A stretch of DNA of 45,349 nt, taken from the NCBI GenBank assembly GCA_019594025.1, contig JAFDUB010000002.1:1-45349 (forward strand), in the 5' to 3' direction. This document shows positions 18,368 through 27,777 of this stretch, piece by piece. Position numbers and translations under genes: made by a program. Positions within the stretch are counted from its first letter, which is position 1; the number at the start of each line of letters is the position of its first letter. This stretch comes from Thermoplasmata archaeon. GTDB taxonomy: Archaea; Thermoplasmatota; Thermoplasmata; Halarchaeoplasmatales; Halarchaeoplasmataceae. A model generated the notes under the pieces. It did no database searches and was not told the origin of the DNA. It saw only the letters and a list, made by a program, of their open reading frames with translations.

Positions 18368-21256
18368 ATGAAACCAAAAACAACAGGCAAATTGGCTACC
18401 GGTCTGATAGTGCTTTTAATAGTACTTTCAGTCGCGATGGTACTGCAATGGAATGCGCGAGCAGAAGAACGCCATGTAGGGGCTGTAGAGGGAATAGTAC
18501 AGGCCCAAGACGGAAGCCTAATTCCAGAAGGATTCAATATCAATCTTGAAAACCTTAACGAAGAAGAGGTAATATCATCTTATACTCAAAAAGGAGGATA
18601 TTTCCAATTCTCGGATGTGGATGTAGGTCACTATAGATTAACAGTACCTACACAAACACATCATAGGGCCTACCACGGCAGCGAAACGGATATATTCTAT
18701 ATCGGTAAGGATGCCACAGAATTCCAAGAGATTGACGTGGTATCTAGAATTCGTGAGTACACCATCAACGGTACAGTACTAGATGAACAAGATGAGGTTG
18801 TTGAAGATGCTCGGATCCATCTGTTCGATGGTACGAGCTACCACTTCCAAACCGGTATCGAGAATGAAACAACCGGTTACTTTGAGTTTAGAACATACGA
18901 AGGTACATTCAACCTCCGCGTTGAAGGCGAGGATCTCGCACCCTACGTGATGTACGATTTAGTGGTGAATGAAACCACTACCGTCAACAAAACAATGACT
19001 ATAGATGTGGTGTTGAAGCAAACGCCACAGGTCAGCGGCTATTTATGGTCCGAAGAAGGATACGGAATAACCGCGCAGATGGCGGTAACACTTATAGATA
19101 ACGAGCATGGGGATATGTTCAGGACAACTATGCCTGAAGGAAATCCATGGTTCAACATAGGTGCAACGGCGGGGGAATATACTCTTATCGTTTCCGCCGA
19201 CGGTTACAAGCCTTATATCAATGAAAACGTAGAGATTCCAAACAACGATACAAACGTTCCTTTGAGTAGAGTGTTCGTAGAAGATACACCCATAGAAAGC
19301 GTGTCGACTCATATCGAATTCGATTCTTGGAACGCAATGACCGTTACTCGGGAAAGGACTTTAGAGATAAACAGTCGAATGATGGGTTTGGATTACTGGT
19401 ACTTCGGAAACCTAAGGATGCAAATCGACATGGTATTCGGTGATGGGGACGGAGAAGTCACCCCGGCCGAATTAGAGGCTTTCAAAGAGTGGATCGAATA
19501 CCGAGAAGCAAACCATACTACATCTCAGAGAACGCTATGGTTAGAAGATACGGTATACACCCTAGAAGAATACACTTTCGATTCCGATGAACTCGATACT
19601 TTGGTAGGAGACGTTACCGATCTTGATGTGAACACGATCACACTAACAAGTACGATGCATTACACCCCAGAAGAAGAGGTGGGGGTAGAAGATGATGATT
19701 CTATCCTTTTATACCTCGGACTTAAAAACGATATCGTGATAGGAAACTATCGTAATTACACCTACCAAATAACACTTCCAGATGCTTTCGAAAGAGTTAC
19801 AACAGACCAGGAAGAGATACCAGCTAATGTTGAGGTACAGGGATATACGGACATATTCATAGACACTCCCGAAGGATTGGGACGATCATATCTGACTTTA
19901 GATATATACCAGTCCGAAGAAGGAGAGGCTTCTATAGAACTGGTCGAGGACGTGAACGTTTACCTTATGGACGAGAAGTACTATGCAGTACAGATAGATA
20001 CGAACGTAACGTGTGTGGCAGATTTGACCGATCCGGTCGGTAGTCCCGAGGACGCAAATTACACCTGGCTCTTGGATAATACGGAGATAGGCAAGTACGG
20101 CGATGAGATAACACATACCTTTGAACAAGAAGGCGAAGTCAATCTAACGGTTAGAATTCGTCAAGCAGGTGGTTTGGTAGTTTCCGCTTACACCAATATT
20201 CTTGTTGATGGTACAGGGCCTCACGGAGAGATAGAAGTTGCTAACCACACCGTAGATGAAGGTGAAACAATCGAGTTCTCGGCATACAATTTCACGGATG
20301 AAAGTGAGATACGAGAATTTAGCTGGAACTTCAGCGACGGAACGGATCACGTCACCGGTACGAACGTTACTCATTCATTCGAATTATACGGTACCTATGA
20401 AGTATCTGTAAACGCCACGGATGTTGTTGGTAACTGGAACATAGAGACAATAGAAATAGAGGTAATGGATGTTACACCACCGGTGGCAAGGTTCACCGCA
20501 ACGTACGATGACCAAGAGGTAGACAGTGAAAACATTACCACCACCGTGCGATTAGAGAGGCATCAAGAGTTTTCACTCGACGCTAGCCGATCCTACGACC
20601 CTGAAGGATTCGATGGTGAGCAAGGAGACGTGAGCGTAGTCTGGTGGATAACTGGTGTTGAATTTAGAAGCGAGGAGTTCGAGATATTGAACTATTCATT
20701 CTCAGAACTCGGAACCTACGATATACAATTGAACGTCACCGACGAAGCCGGGAATTATGACAACATATCTCGAACCGTTGAGGTGATACCCGGACCTACA
20801 CCGAACATAGAAGTAACAGAGGTCTTCCTATCTGAAGACGAAGTAAAAAGTGGTGATGAGGTGCAGGTGATCGCAAACGTTACCAACTACGGTACCGCAA
20901 ACGCCACCAACGTGAACGTCGTATTCAGAGTAGATGGAGAGGTAGTAGCCATTACACCCAGGTTCTACTACATCGATGGTGAAGAGGCTGATGCTTCAAT
21001 ACCCATGGATGAATACAGACACATCAAGTTTGACTGGGAAGCTGAGGAAGGCGAACGAACTTTAACCGTCAACGTGACCGATGCCGATGAACCTGCGGCT
21101 TGGTTGTACGACAACGAAGTGGAGATAACTGTAGACGTTGAACCACCAGCATGGCGCACTTTGATAGGCTACATACTTGTTCCAGTGATAATAATCGGAG
21201 TAGCAGTAGGACTTTATCTGAATAAAGATAAAGTACAGAATATGCTGCGTAGGTAA
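18368..21256 (+). CDS. Cell-surface protein with carboxypeptidase-regulatory-like, PKD and CARDB domains and a C-terminal TM anchor
   Basis: GGAGG RBS; signal peptide; INGTVLDE..G.F repeats; PKD WNFSDG..HSF..GTYEVSVNATD; CARDB PNIEV..VTNYG; TM LIGYILVPVIIIGVAVGLYL plus basic tail. Confidence 0.85.
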   Translation: MKPKTTGKLATGLIVLLIVLSVAMVLQWNARAEERHVGAVEGIVQAQDGSLIPEGFNINLENLNEEEVISSYTQKGGYFQFSDVDVGHYRLTVPTQTHHRAYHGSETDIFYIGKDATEFQEIDVVSRIREYTINGTVLDEQDEVVEDARIHLFDGTSYHFQTGIENETTGYFEFRTYEGTFNLRVEGEDLAPYVMYDLVVNETTTVNKTMTIDVVLKQTPQVSGYLWSEEGYGITAQMAVTLIDNEHGDMFRTTMPEGNPWFNIGATAGEYTLIVSADGYKPYINENVEIPNNDTNVPLSRVFVEDTPIESVSTHIEFDSWNAMTVTRERTLEINSRMMGLDYWYFGNLRMQIDMVFGDGDGEVTPAELEAFKEWIEYREANHTTSQRTLWLEDTVYTLEEYTFDSDELDTLVGDVTDLDVNTITLTSTMHYTPEEEVGVEDDDSILLYLGLKNDIVIGNYRNYTYQITLPDAFERVTTDQEEIPANVEVQGYTDIFIDTPEGLGRSYLTLDIYQSEEGEASIELVEDVNVYLMDEKYYAVQIDTNVTCVADLTDPVGSPEDANYTWLLDNTEIGKYGDEITHTFEQEGEVNLTVRIRQAGGLVVSAYTNILVDGTGPHGEIEVANHTVDEGETIEFSAYNFTDESEIREFSWNFSDGTDHVTGTNVTHSFELYGTYEVSVNATDVVGNWNIETIEIEVMDVTPPVARFTATYDDQEVDSENITTTVRLERHQEFSLDASRSYDPEGFDGEQGDVSVVWWITGVEFRSEEFEILNYSFSELGTYDIQLNVTDEAGNYDNISRTVEVIPGPTPNIEVTEVFLSEDEVKSGDEVQVIANVTNYGTANATNVNVVFRVDGEVVAITPRFYYIDGEEADASIPMDEYRHIKFDWEAEEGERTLTVNVTDADEPAAWLYDNEVEITVDVEPPAWRTLIGYILVPVIIIGVAVGLYLNKDKVQNMLRR

Positions 21257-21287
21257 ACCAAAAAACCTTTCCTTTTATTTTCTTTTT
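21257..21287 (+). terminator. Pyrimidine/oligo-T terminator
   Basis: ACCAAAAAACCTTTCCTTTTATTTTCTTTTT between convergent genes. Confidence 0.6.
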
Positions 21288-22964
21288 TTACATATACTCT
21301 AGAGCGATTATACCCAATGCATCTAATACGTCTTTGAGAACATTCTTTGAAGAGAGAACGAGGGCCAATCTAGGAAGTTCATTATCTTCAGACTGTAGAA
21401 CGGGATAATCCCGGTAAAACTGATTGAATTCGGCCGCCAGTTGAACACCGTAATTTGCCAGCAAGTGGGGAGAGGTTGTCGAGTCGAGAAGAACACATGG
21501 GTACTGCGCTATCTTTTTTACTAACTTTATCTCTCCTTCGGAATCTAAGGATGTAGGATCGACCAGGGCAAGCTCATCTTTATCTCCACCCCATTTCCTT
21601 AATATACTAGCCGCTCTAGCGTGTGAGTACTGAACGAAGGGAGCACTGCTTCCCTGGAAATTTAGAGCCTCTTCCCACCTGAAATCGATGGGTTTCTCGG
21701 GCTGTACTTTGATCATGTTGAATCTTACCGCACCCGTGCCCACTATTTCCGCAATATCCTGCACATCCTCATGCTTTAGGTCGTCTCTCCTGGCTAGTAA
21801 CTCGTCCTCCGCACGCTCATGGGCTGTGTCCATCAAACCGTCCAGCCATACGGACCTACCTGAACGGGTCGACATCTTCTCACCCTCGAGGGATACGAAG
21901 GAATAGAAGATGAACTCAGGGGGCGGATGAATTTCCAAAGCCTCCAACGCTTTGAAGATGGAAAGTGCGTGCATCTTATGGTCCTCCCCCAGTATGTCGA
22001 TCATCCTATCTGTTCTTTCCGTTTTCTCTACGTGATAGGCTATGTCGCGGGCGGGATAAAGACTGGTACCGTCGCTTCTAGTTAGATATACCCTGTTATC
22101 GCCCCATTCGATGTAAAGGGCACCTTCATCATCTCCGCAGATAGGAGCTTCCCTCAATGCATCTACGGCCCCACGCACCTTACCTCCGAGTATGAGCGAC
22201 GATTCGGTCTTGAAGCTGTCGTGAGTTATGTTCAATCGTTTTAAGGAAGCTTTGTGGCCGGATAGAACTTGCTTTGAATTGGCTTTGAATGTTTCTATTG
22301 TATCGGCATCTCCTGACTCCATCAGTCTGATTATGTCGTGAATCCCCTCTTTAACGTAGTCGTCTCCCATAAGTTTGGATGCCTTCTGGTAGTAAACCAT
22401 CAGTCGATGGTCCGGTTTATCTCTTTCAACTTTTTCCACATCGGTTTCGGATAGATTTTCCAATCCCCAGGTAAGTATCGCCACCTGACGACCCATGTCA
22501 TCGACGTAGTACTCGGTTGTAACGTCGTATCCCAAGCGTTTGAATATCCTGGCAACGGTATCTCCGATTATGGGGTTACGGGCGTTGCCTACATGAAGAG
22601 GGGCGTTTGGGTTGGCACTGGTATGTTCGATGAGTACTTTTTCATCTTTTTGCTCGAACCAGCCGAAGTCCACCTCTAAGCATTTCTTAATAGTGTTTTT
22701 TAATAGATAACTTTCATCTATTCGGAAGTTAAGGTATGATCCCGCCTGCGCTACGTTTCCCATCGTTAGTTCTATCTCATCGACTAGTTCCGAAGCGATC
22801 TCATTAGGATTTTTTTTAAATATGGGTGCGAAGGAAAAACACGGTACCGCGTAGTCTCCTCTTTCCTCAGAGGGAATTTCTACAGGAATCTCCGTGTCCT
22901 CCCCCAATATACTTTTGATCTCCCTTTTGATCTCTTCTTTAAAATCGATCAGTGCGTAATTCAT
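21288..22964 (-). CDS. argS: Arginine--tRNA ligase
   Basis: EHTSANPNAPLHVGNARN (HIGH-like), RSDGTSLY..DIAYH, KMSTRSG, APFVQYSHAR. Confidence 0.97.
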   Translation of the reverse strand: MNYALIDFKEEIKREIKSILGEDTEIPVEIPSEERGDYAVPCFSFAPIFKKNPNEIASELVDEIELTMGNVAQAGSYLNFRIDESYLLKNTIKKCLEVDFGWFEQKDEKVLIEHTSANPNAPLHVGNARNPIIGDTVARIFKRLGYDVTTEYYVDDMGRQVAILTWGLENLSETDVEKVERDKPDHRLMVYYQKASKLMGDDYVKEGIHDIIRLMESGDADTIETFKANSKQVLSGHKASLKRLNITHDSFKTESSLILGGKVRGAVDALREAPICGDDEGALYIEWGDNRVYLTRSDGTSLYPARDIAYHVEKTERTDRMIDILGEDHKMHALSIFKALEALEIHPPPEFIFYSFVSLEGEKMSTRSGRSVWLDGLMDTAHERAEDELLARRDDLKHEDVQDIAEIVGTGAVRFNMIKVQPEKPIDFRWEEALNFQGSSAPFVQYSHARAASILRKWGGDKDELALVDPTSLDSEGEIKLVKKIAQYPCVLLDSTTSPHLLANYGVQLAAEFNQFYRDYPVLQSEDNELPRLALVLSSKNVLKDVLDALGIIALEYM

Positions 22965-24202
22965 ACGACCCCCTCGCCAATTCTAAATCTTAAAATCGCC
23001 GCTAGACCTCCAAAGGCGGTAAGCAATAATTCACCTTCCTCGGACTCATCGGAAATCAGTTCGACCGAAGAGCCGACGCTTTCCGCCTCCTCGTAAAGCT
23101 CATCGATGATGTCCCGCTTATCTTTGATATCCATAATATTCTCACATTCAGGGCACTCCGGAGCCTTAACCGGTTTTGTGGATGAGAATTCAATACCATG
23201 ACCACAATCATCACAAACGGCGTTAACGGTAACTTTGTTTATACCGTCGGATATCAATAAGGTATCTACCGCTCCTATCATTAGTGCCTTCCTAACATGT
23301 TCCTCACCGTATGTAGCTAACCCTCCATCAGGTTTACGTATCTCTTTGAGCAAACGGGTGACCAACTTTTTCTCTTTCATTACTTCCAAGCCGGAGAGGG
23401 TGTCTTCCGCCATCTGTACTAGCTCTCTGAGACCGTACTCATCGGTGTAACCGGTGTTGAAACGGTCGATTATTTTTTTCTCAAGCTCATGGTGAAGATA
23501 GTCACCGTCGGCAAATTCGTCCTTTGTAGCTCCGGGACCGCCTATCAATAAACCCTCTAGGTTTTCGTCCAATAGTAAGCGATTTGCCTTATCACCCACC
23601 TTCTTAAAGTATTGATGGGCGGCACCCTCGATCAGCCTCTCGAACCTCTGGGCGGACTGACCTCCTTTGGAGTGCTTACTGGGTATCAGTGATTGTATAT
23701 TGGTGAGTGATTCAACCTTGTTTCCATTCAACATACCGATCGTAGCTTCGCTGCGGTCTACCACGATTAATCCGTACTTGATTTTGTCTCCAATCATACC
23801 CCGCAGTGGTTCGAGGTAGAACTCGGAATCACAGCGATAGAGGAATGTTTCGATGGGGGAAGGAGGTTCTATGGTTTCGGAGATCATCTCCGTTTGATCA
23901 CCGGAGGCGGATACATGCCCCACGAAGAAAACCAAACCGTTCTCAGGTGGTTTATTGAAGTACTTTAGTTTAGATAATATGGATTTTAACGCAGACTGAA
24001 CGTGTTTCTTGGTAGACTTCGATTTGATGTTGGAGCTCTGTGACATCTCTTCTCTCAGATAAGATGCTACATCCGATATCTGTTTGTCCGGTGGGATGTA
24101 GAGTGAGATTAATTCAGTTCCACGACCTTTTAGTTCCTGTATCTTCTCAAGTGCCTTCTTGAACTCGTACTCTTGTTTTTTGGACATCTCCATGAAGATC
24201 AA
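22961..24202 (-). CDS. prf1: Peptide chain release factor aRF1 (start may be ATG 24193 or 24187)
   Basis: GRGTELISLYIP, SNIKS, YRCDSEF, GGQSAQRFER, Zn-ribbon minidomain, AFGGLAAILRF. Confidence 0.97.
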   Translation of the reverse strand: MIFMEMSKKQEYEFKKALEKIQELKGRGTELISLYIPPDKQISDVASYLREEMSQSSNIKSKSTKKHVQSALKSILSKLKYFNKPPENGLVFFVGHVSASGDQTEMISETIEPPSPIETFLYRCDSEFYLEPLRGMIGDKIKYGLIVVDRSEATIGMLNGNKVESLTNIQSLIPSKHSKGGQSAQRFERLIEGAAHQYFKKVGDKANRLLLDENLEGLLIGGPGATKDEFADGDYLHHELEKKIIDRFNTGYTDEYGLRELVQMAEDTLSGLEVMKEKKLVTRLLKEIRKPDGGLATYGEEHVRKALMIGAVDTLLISDGINKVTVNAVCDDCGHGIEFSSTKPVKAPECPECENIMDIKDKRDIIDELYEEAESVGSSVELISDESEEGELLLTAFGGLAAILRFRIGEGVV

Positions 24203-24291
24203 TTCCAGTGAGTAAAAATTCGGTACGATAAATATGTTTTGTGGGTTTTGAGCGATTTAAAGTGAAGTGTTTTTTAAGGTATAGGACAAAG

Positions 24292-24322
24292 TATAAATAT
24301 ATGTTAAGTAGTAGTTAACAAT
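24292..24322 (+). promoter_or_regulatory. TATA box plus inverted-repeat operator TGTTAA-N7-TTAACA
   Basis: TATAAATATA (24292-24301) followed by a palindrome at 24302-24320, just before the regulator ATG at 24323 (leaderless geometry). Confidence 0.65.
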
Positions 24323-24802
24323 ATGGAGAACAATGAACTTACCGGTAGGGATAGAGAATACCTTCGGGGTTTATTCCTGTTAAAGGCACATGAAGAACCG
24401 GTCGGTCCTGCTGAAATAGCTAAAGTGATGAAAGTGTCACGAGTGGCTACACTCAAGAAGATGAGACGGTTAGAGTACCTGGGATATGGTGAGTATATCA
24501 CTAGAAAAGGACTGAAGATAAATAGTGAAGCCGAGGAGCTTGTGCAGAAGGATATTCGTAAACATCACCTCCTGGAAAAGTTCCTAGAGACCACTTTGGA
24601 CATGGGATCTGAAGAAGCTTGTGATGAATCGGCGGCATTGGACATCTCAGTGAGCGGCAACCTATTGGAAAGGATGGATTCTAAGTACGGCAACGATCTG
24701 AATTGCGACTGTGGCTGCTGTATTTCAGCCGACTATGAACCTGAGGATCTTTACGACTGCCACTGGTATCAGAAACAGTTCTCCATTGGAATCAGTTGGT
24801 GA
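24323..24802 (+). CDS. DtxR/MntR-family metal-dependent transcriptional regulator with Cys-rich C-terminus
   Basis: REYLRGLF..EIAKVMKVSRVATLKKMRRL HTH; RKHHLLEKFL dimerisation/metal motif; tail CDCGCC..CHW. Confidence 0.88.
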   Translation: MENNELTGRDREYLRGLFLLKAHEEPVGPAEIAKVMKVSRVATLKKMRRLEYLGYGEYITRKGLKINSEAEELVQKDIRKHHLLEKFLETTLDMGSEEACDESAALDISVSGNLLERMDSKYGNDLNCDCGCCISADYEPEDLYDCHWYQKQFSIGISW

Positions 24803-24806
24803 TAAA

Positions 24807-25943
24807 ATGAAAAGTAAAATGATAATTGCTGGTATTGTGATCTTGCTTATGATGGCGGTGTTTTCCACCGGATGTATCGATGAAGATGACGGTGAATACG
24901 ATCTTCGAGTTGTAGTTTCGATCCCCCCTCAGAGGGAGTGGGTTGAAGAGATCGGTGGAGAAGGTATCAAAGTAACCGTTATGGTTCCACCTGGAAGCGA
25001 CCCACACACCTACGAACCCACTAGTTCTCAGATGGTGGATGTTTCAGAAGCGGATATTTACTTCAAAGTAGGTGCGGGTATGGAATTTGAAGAGCGGTGG
25101 ATGGATACGCTGATCGAATACAACGAGGACATGAGGATAGTGGACGGCAGCGAAGGGGTTCATCTATTAGATTACGAGAGTCATCACGACCATGAGTTTG
25201 AGCACCTTATCGAAGATATAGACCACATAATTCATGAATGGGAAGACGGCCACATGACTGCTGAAGATGCACTGGAGGCTATCGATGATCTGATACATCA
25301 ACATGAAGAGGATGACCATGAACAGGAACATCTTATCGAAGATATAGATCACATAATTCATGAATGGGAATACGGAAATGTCACCGCCGAGGGGGCTATG
25401 GAAGCTATCGAAGATCTGATACATCAACATGAAGAGGATGAGCATGGACACGAGGGGGACGATCCTCACATATGGTTGTCACCGGTGAATGCTAAGATGA
25501 TGATAAACGACCTCCTGAATGCTTTAATCGAGGTTGATCCGGATAATGCCGATATTTATAACGAAAATGCCGGGAATTACCTCGACCGATTAAATTCTCT
25601 TCACGAAGAGGTAGAGGAGGCACTTCATCCACATCACGGACGTAAGTTTTTGATATACCACCCGTCCATGAACTACTTCGCCCACGAATATGGGTTGGTG
25701 CAGATAGGGGTGGAGAGAGAGGGACAGGAACCCGGCGCTTCCGGCTTGGCGGCTGTAATAGAGCAGGCTAAGGAAGAGAACATACGTGTCGTGTTCGTGT
25801 CACCACAATTCGACGAGAGCAACGCACAGACGATAGCTGATGAAATCGACGGGGAGGTTATCACCCTTAATCCCTTAGCTGAAAAGTATATTGAAAATAT
25901 AGAGGATATAACGAGTAAATTAGTGGATGCGTTCAGCGAGTAA
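24807..25943 (+). CDS. znuA: Zn/Mn ABC transporter substrate-binding lipoprotein (ZnuA-like)
   Basis: GGTGA RBS; lipobox FSTGC; DPHTYEP, DPHIWLSP, YHPSMNYFA; His/acid-rich insertion. Confidence 0.9.
   Translation: MKSKMIIAGIVILLMMAVFSTGCIDEDDGEYDLRVVVSIPPQREWVEEIGGEGIKVTVMVPPGSDPHTYEPTSSQMVDVSEADIYFKVGAGMEFEERWMDTLIEYNEDMRIVDGSEGVHLLDYESHHDHEFEHLIEDIDHIIHEWEDGHMTAEDALEAIDDLIHQHEEDDHEQEHLIEDIDHIIHEWEYGNVTAEGAMEAIEDLIHQHEEDEHGHEGDDPHIWLSPVNAKMMINDLLNALIEVDPDNADIYNENAGNYLDRLNSLHEEVEEALHPHHGRKFLIYHPSMNYFAHEYGLVQIGVEREGQEPGASGLAAVIEQAKEENIRVVFVSPQFDESNAQTIADEIDGEVITLNPLAEKYIENIEDITSKLVDAFSE
25191..25442 (+). repeat. Intragenic 126-bp (42-aa) tandem duplication
   Basis: Units begin at 25191 and 25317: HEFEHLIEDIDHIIHEWEDGHMTAEDALEAIDDLIHQHEEDD and HEQEHLIEDIDHIIHEWEYGNVTAEGAMEAIEDLIHQHEEDE. 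Confidence 0.95.
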
Positions 25944-25945
25944 AC

Positions 25946-26713
25946 ATGACTAAAGCATTGGAAATAAGGGACGTGACGGTCAAATACGATAAAACCACCG
26001 TGTTAAAAGACGTTAATCTGGAGTTGGAGAAAGGAGACTTTCTAGGCATCATCGGACCTAACGGCGGTGGTAAGACCACTCTATTAAAAACCATCTTGGG
26101 TCTTATAACCCCTGACGAAGGTGAAGTTCTTCTTTTCGGAGAACCTCCTGGTTCAGAAGCCCGGGTGATGGGATACATACCTCAACACACCAGGTTCGAC
26201 ATGAAGTTCCCGATCAAAGTGTTCGACGTTGTCCTTATGGGGCGTTTGGGGAAGCTGGGATTCAGCCCCTTTTACTCTCGTGAGGATAAGAAGATAGCTA
26301 GGGATGTGCTGAAGGACGTTGATATGTGGGAGTATCGAAAGAGACACATATCCAAACTGTCCGGCGGGCAGCTTCAAAGAGTATTACTGGCACGGGCATT
26401 AGCCACTAAGCCAGATTTTTTGTTACTCGACGAGCCCACAGCCAGTGTAGATGAGAAGATGAAAGGAAGCATATACTCTCTACTCAACGAATTGAAAGAA
26501 AGGGGGATCACCATAATCTTGGTATCTCACGACATAGGCGTGATATCCTCCCACGTTAAAAAAGTGGCCTGCTTGAACAAGTATCTGATCTATCATGGAG
26601 ATGGGGAGCTATCATCGGACATGATAGAGGCGGCTTACGAATGCCCCATCGATCTGATAGCCCACGGCCTACCACATCGAGTTTATGAACATCGTATGCC
26701 GGAGGATGAATAG
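25946..26713 (+). CDS. znuC: Metal ABC transporter ATP-binding protein (ZnuC-like)
   Basis: GPNGGGKT, GYIPQ, LSGGQLQR, LLLDEPT, VSHD, CLNK. Confidence 0.93.
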   Translation: MTKALEIRDVTVKYDKTTVLKDVNLELEKGDFLGIIGPNGGGKTTLLKTILGLITPDEGEVLLFGEPPGSEARVMGYIPQHTRFDMKFPIKVFDVVLMGRLGKLGFSPFYSREDKKIARDVLKDVDMWEYRKRHISKLSGGQLQRVLLARALATKPDFLLLDEPTASVDEKMKGSIYSLLNELKERGITIILVSHDIGVISSHVKKVACLNKYLIYHGDGELSSDMIEAAYECPIDLIAHGLPHRVYEHRMPEDE

Positions 26714-26714
26714 G

Positions 26715-27530
26715 ATGCTTTCAATGCTCGCCTACGCATTCATCAGAAACGCCCTCTACGCAGGTGTCCTTGCATCGGTAATATTTGGTATAATCGGAAC
26801 TTTTGTAGTTGTAAAACGTATAGTGTTCATCAGCGGCGGTATATCACACGCCTCCTTTGGAGGGGTAGGTATGGCTTATTATCTTGGCTTGAACACGCTG
26901 TTCGGTGCGGCGATATTTGCGGTGATATCCGCTCTTGGAGTGGGCATCGTCGGTAAAAAGAAGATGCAGAGAGAGGATACCGCTATAGGGATGGTGTGGG
27001 CTCTTGGAATGGCCTTGGGTGCGTTCTTTATGAGTATTACACCTGGGTATCTTCCTGCAATGTCCAGCGTTCTTTTTGGTAATATACTGATGATACGTAT
27101 GATCGACATACACCTCATGGCCGTGCTAACACTTGTGATAACCGTTACGGTCATACTTCTATATCCAAGGATCCAAGGAGCAAGCTTTGACGAAGAGTTT
27201 TCCAAAGTTGTTGGAGTGAAAACTTCCTCACTTTATCTATTCATGCTGGTTCTCGTAGCTCTGTCTATAGTGGTACTCATCAAATTCGTAGGTATCGTGC
27301 TGTTGATCGCTATGCTCGCGATCCCTGCCTCTATATCGGGAGAGTTTACAGAAGATATGTCTTGGATGATGGTGTACTCCACCTTACTTTCCTTCGTTTT
27401 CGTCATAAGCGGGCTGTACATGTCCGTTATATGGGACTTACCAACCGGCCCCACGATAGTGATCGTAGCCGGAGCTTGTTTTGGAGTGGTGATGATCGGG
27501 AAGAAAATCTTTGGAATATTATCTTCGTGA
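26715..27530 (+). CDS. znuB: Metal ABC transporter permease (ZnuB-like)
   Basis: GTFVVVKRIVFISGGISHASFGG, LFGNIL, FDEEFSKVVG, VGIVLLIAMLAIPA, PTGPTIV. Confidence 0.93.
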   Translation: MLSMLAYAFIRNALYAGVLASVIFGIIGTFVVVKRIVFISGGISHASFGGVGMAYYLGLNTLFGAAIFAVISALGVGIVGKKKMQREDTAIGMVWALGMALGAFFMSITPGYLPAMSSVLFGNILMIRMIDIHLMAVLTLVITVTVILLYPRIQGASFDEEFSKVVGVKTSSLYLFMLVLVALSIVVLIKFVGIVLLIAMLAIPASISGEFTEDMSWMMVYSTLLSFVFVISGLYMSVIWDLPTGPTIVIVAGACFGVVMIGKKIFGILSS

Positions 27531-27719
27531 ACTCTTTTTCTTGTGGATTACCGTATAAAGTGCTACAGCGGCTAACAGACCTATCGATGAATACAATAGA
27601 CCTGGGAAAGGAATGTCATCGGTATCCTCTTAACCGTCGGAGGTTAAAAACACCATGGTCGGTACGTACGTAACCTTGAATTTTGAGTTATTAAATATTT
27701 TTTGATTATCTTGTAACCT
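27519..27719 (-). pseudogene. Relic of a membrane-anchored thioredoxin-fold protein (3' fragment, not in the ORF track)
   Basis: Manual translation: RLQDNQKIFNNSKFKVTYVPTMVFLTSDG*EDTDDIPFPGLLYSSIGLLAAVALYTVIHKKKSSRR*; internal TAA at 27630-27632. Confidence 0.6.
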
Positions 27720-27777
27720 CTACAGAGCGCTTAGTAAATCTTATATAAACAAAACAAGTCTCCGAGTAGTGATAAAC

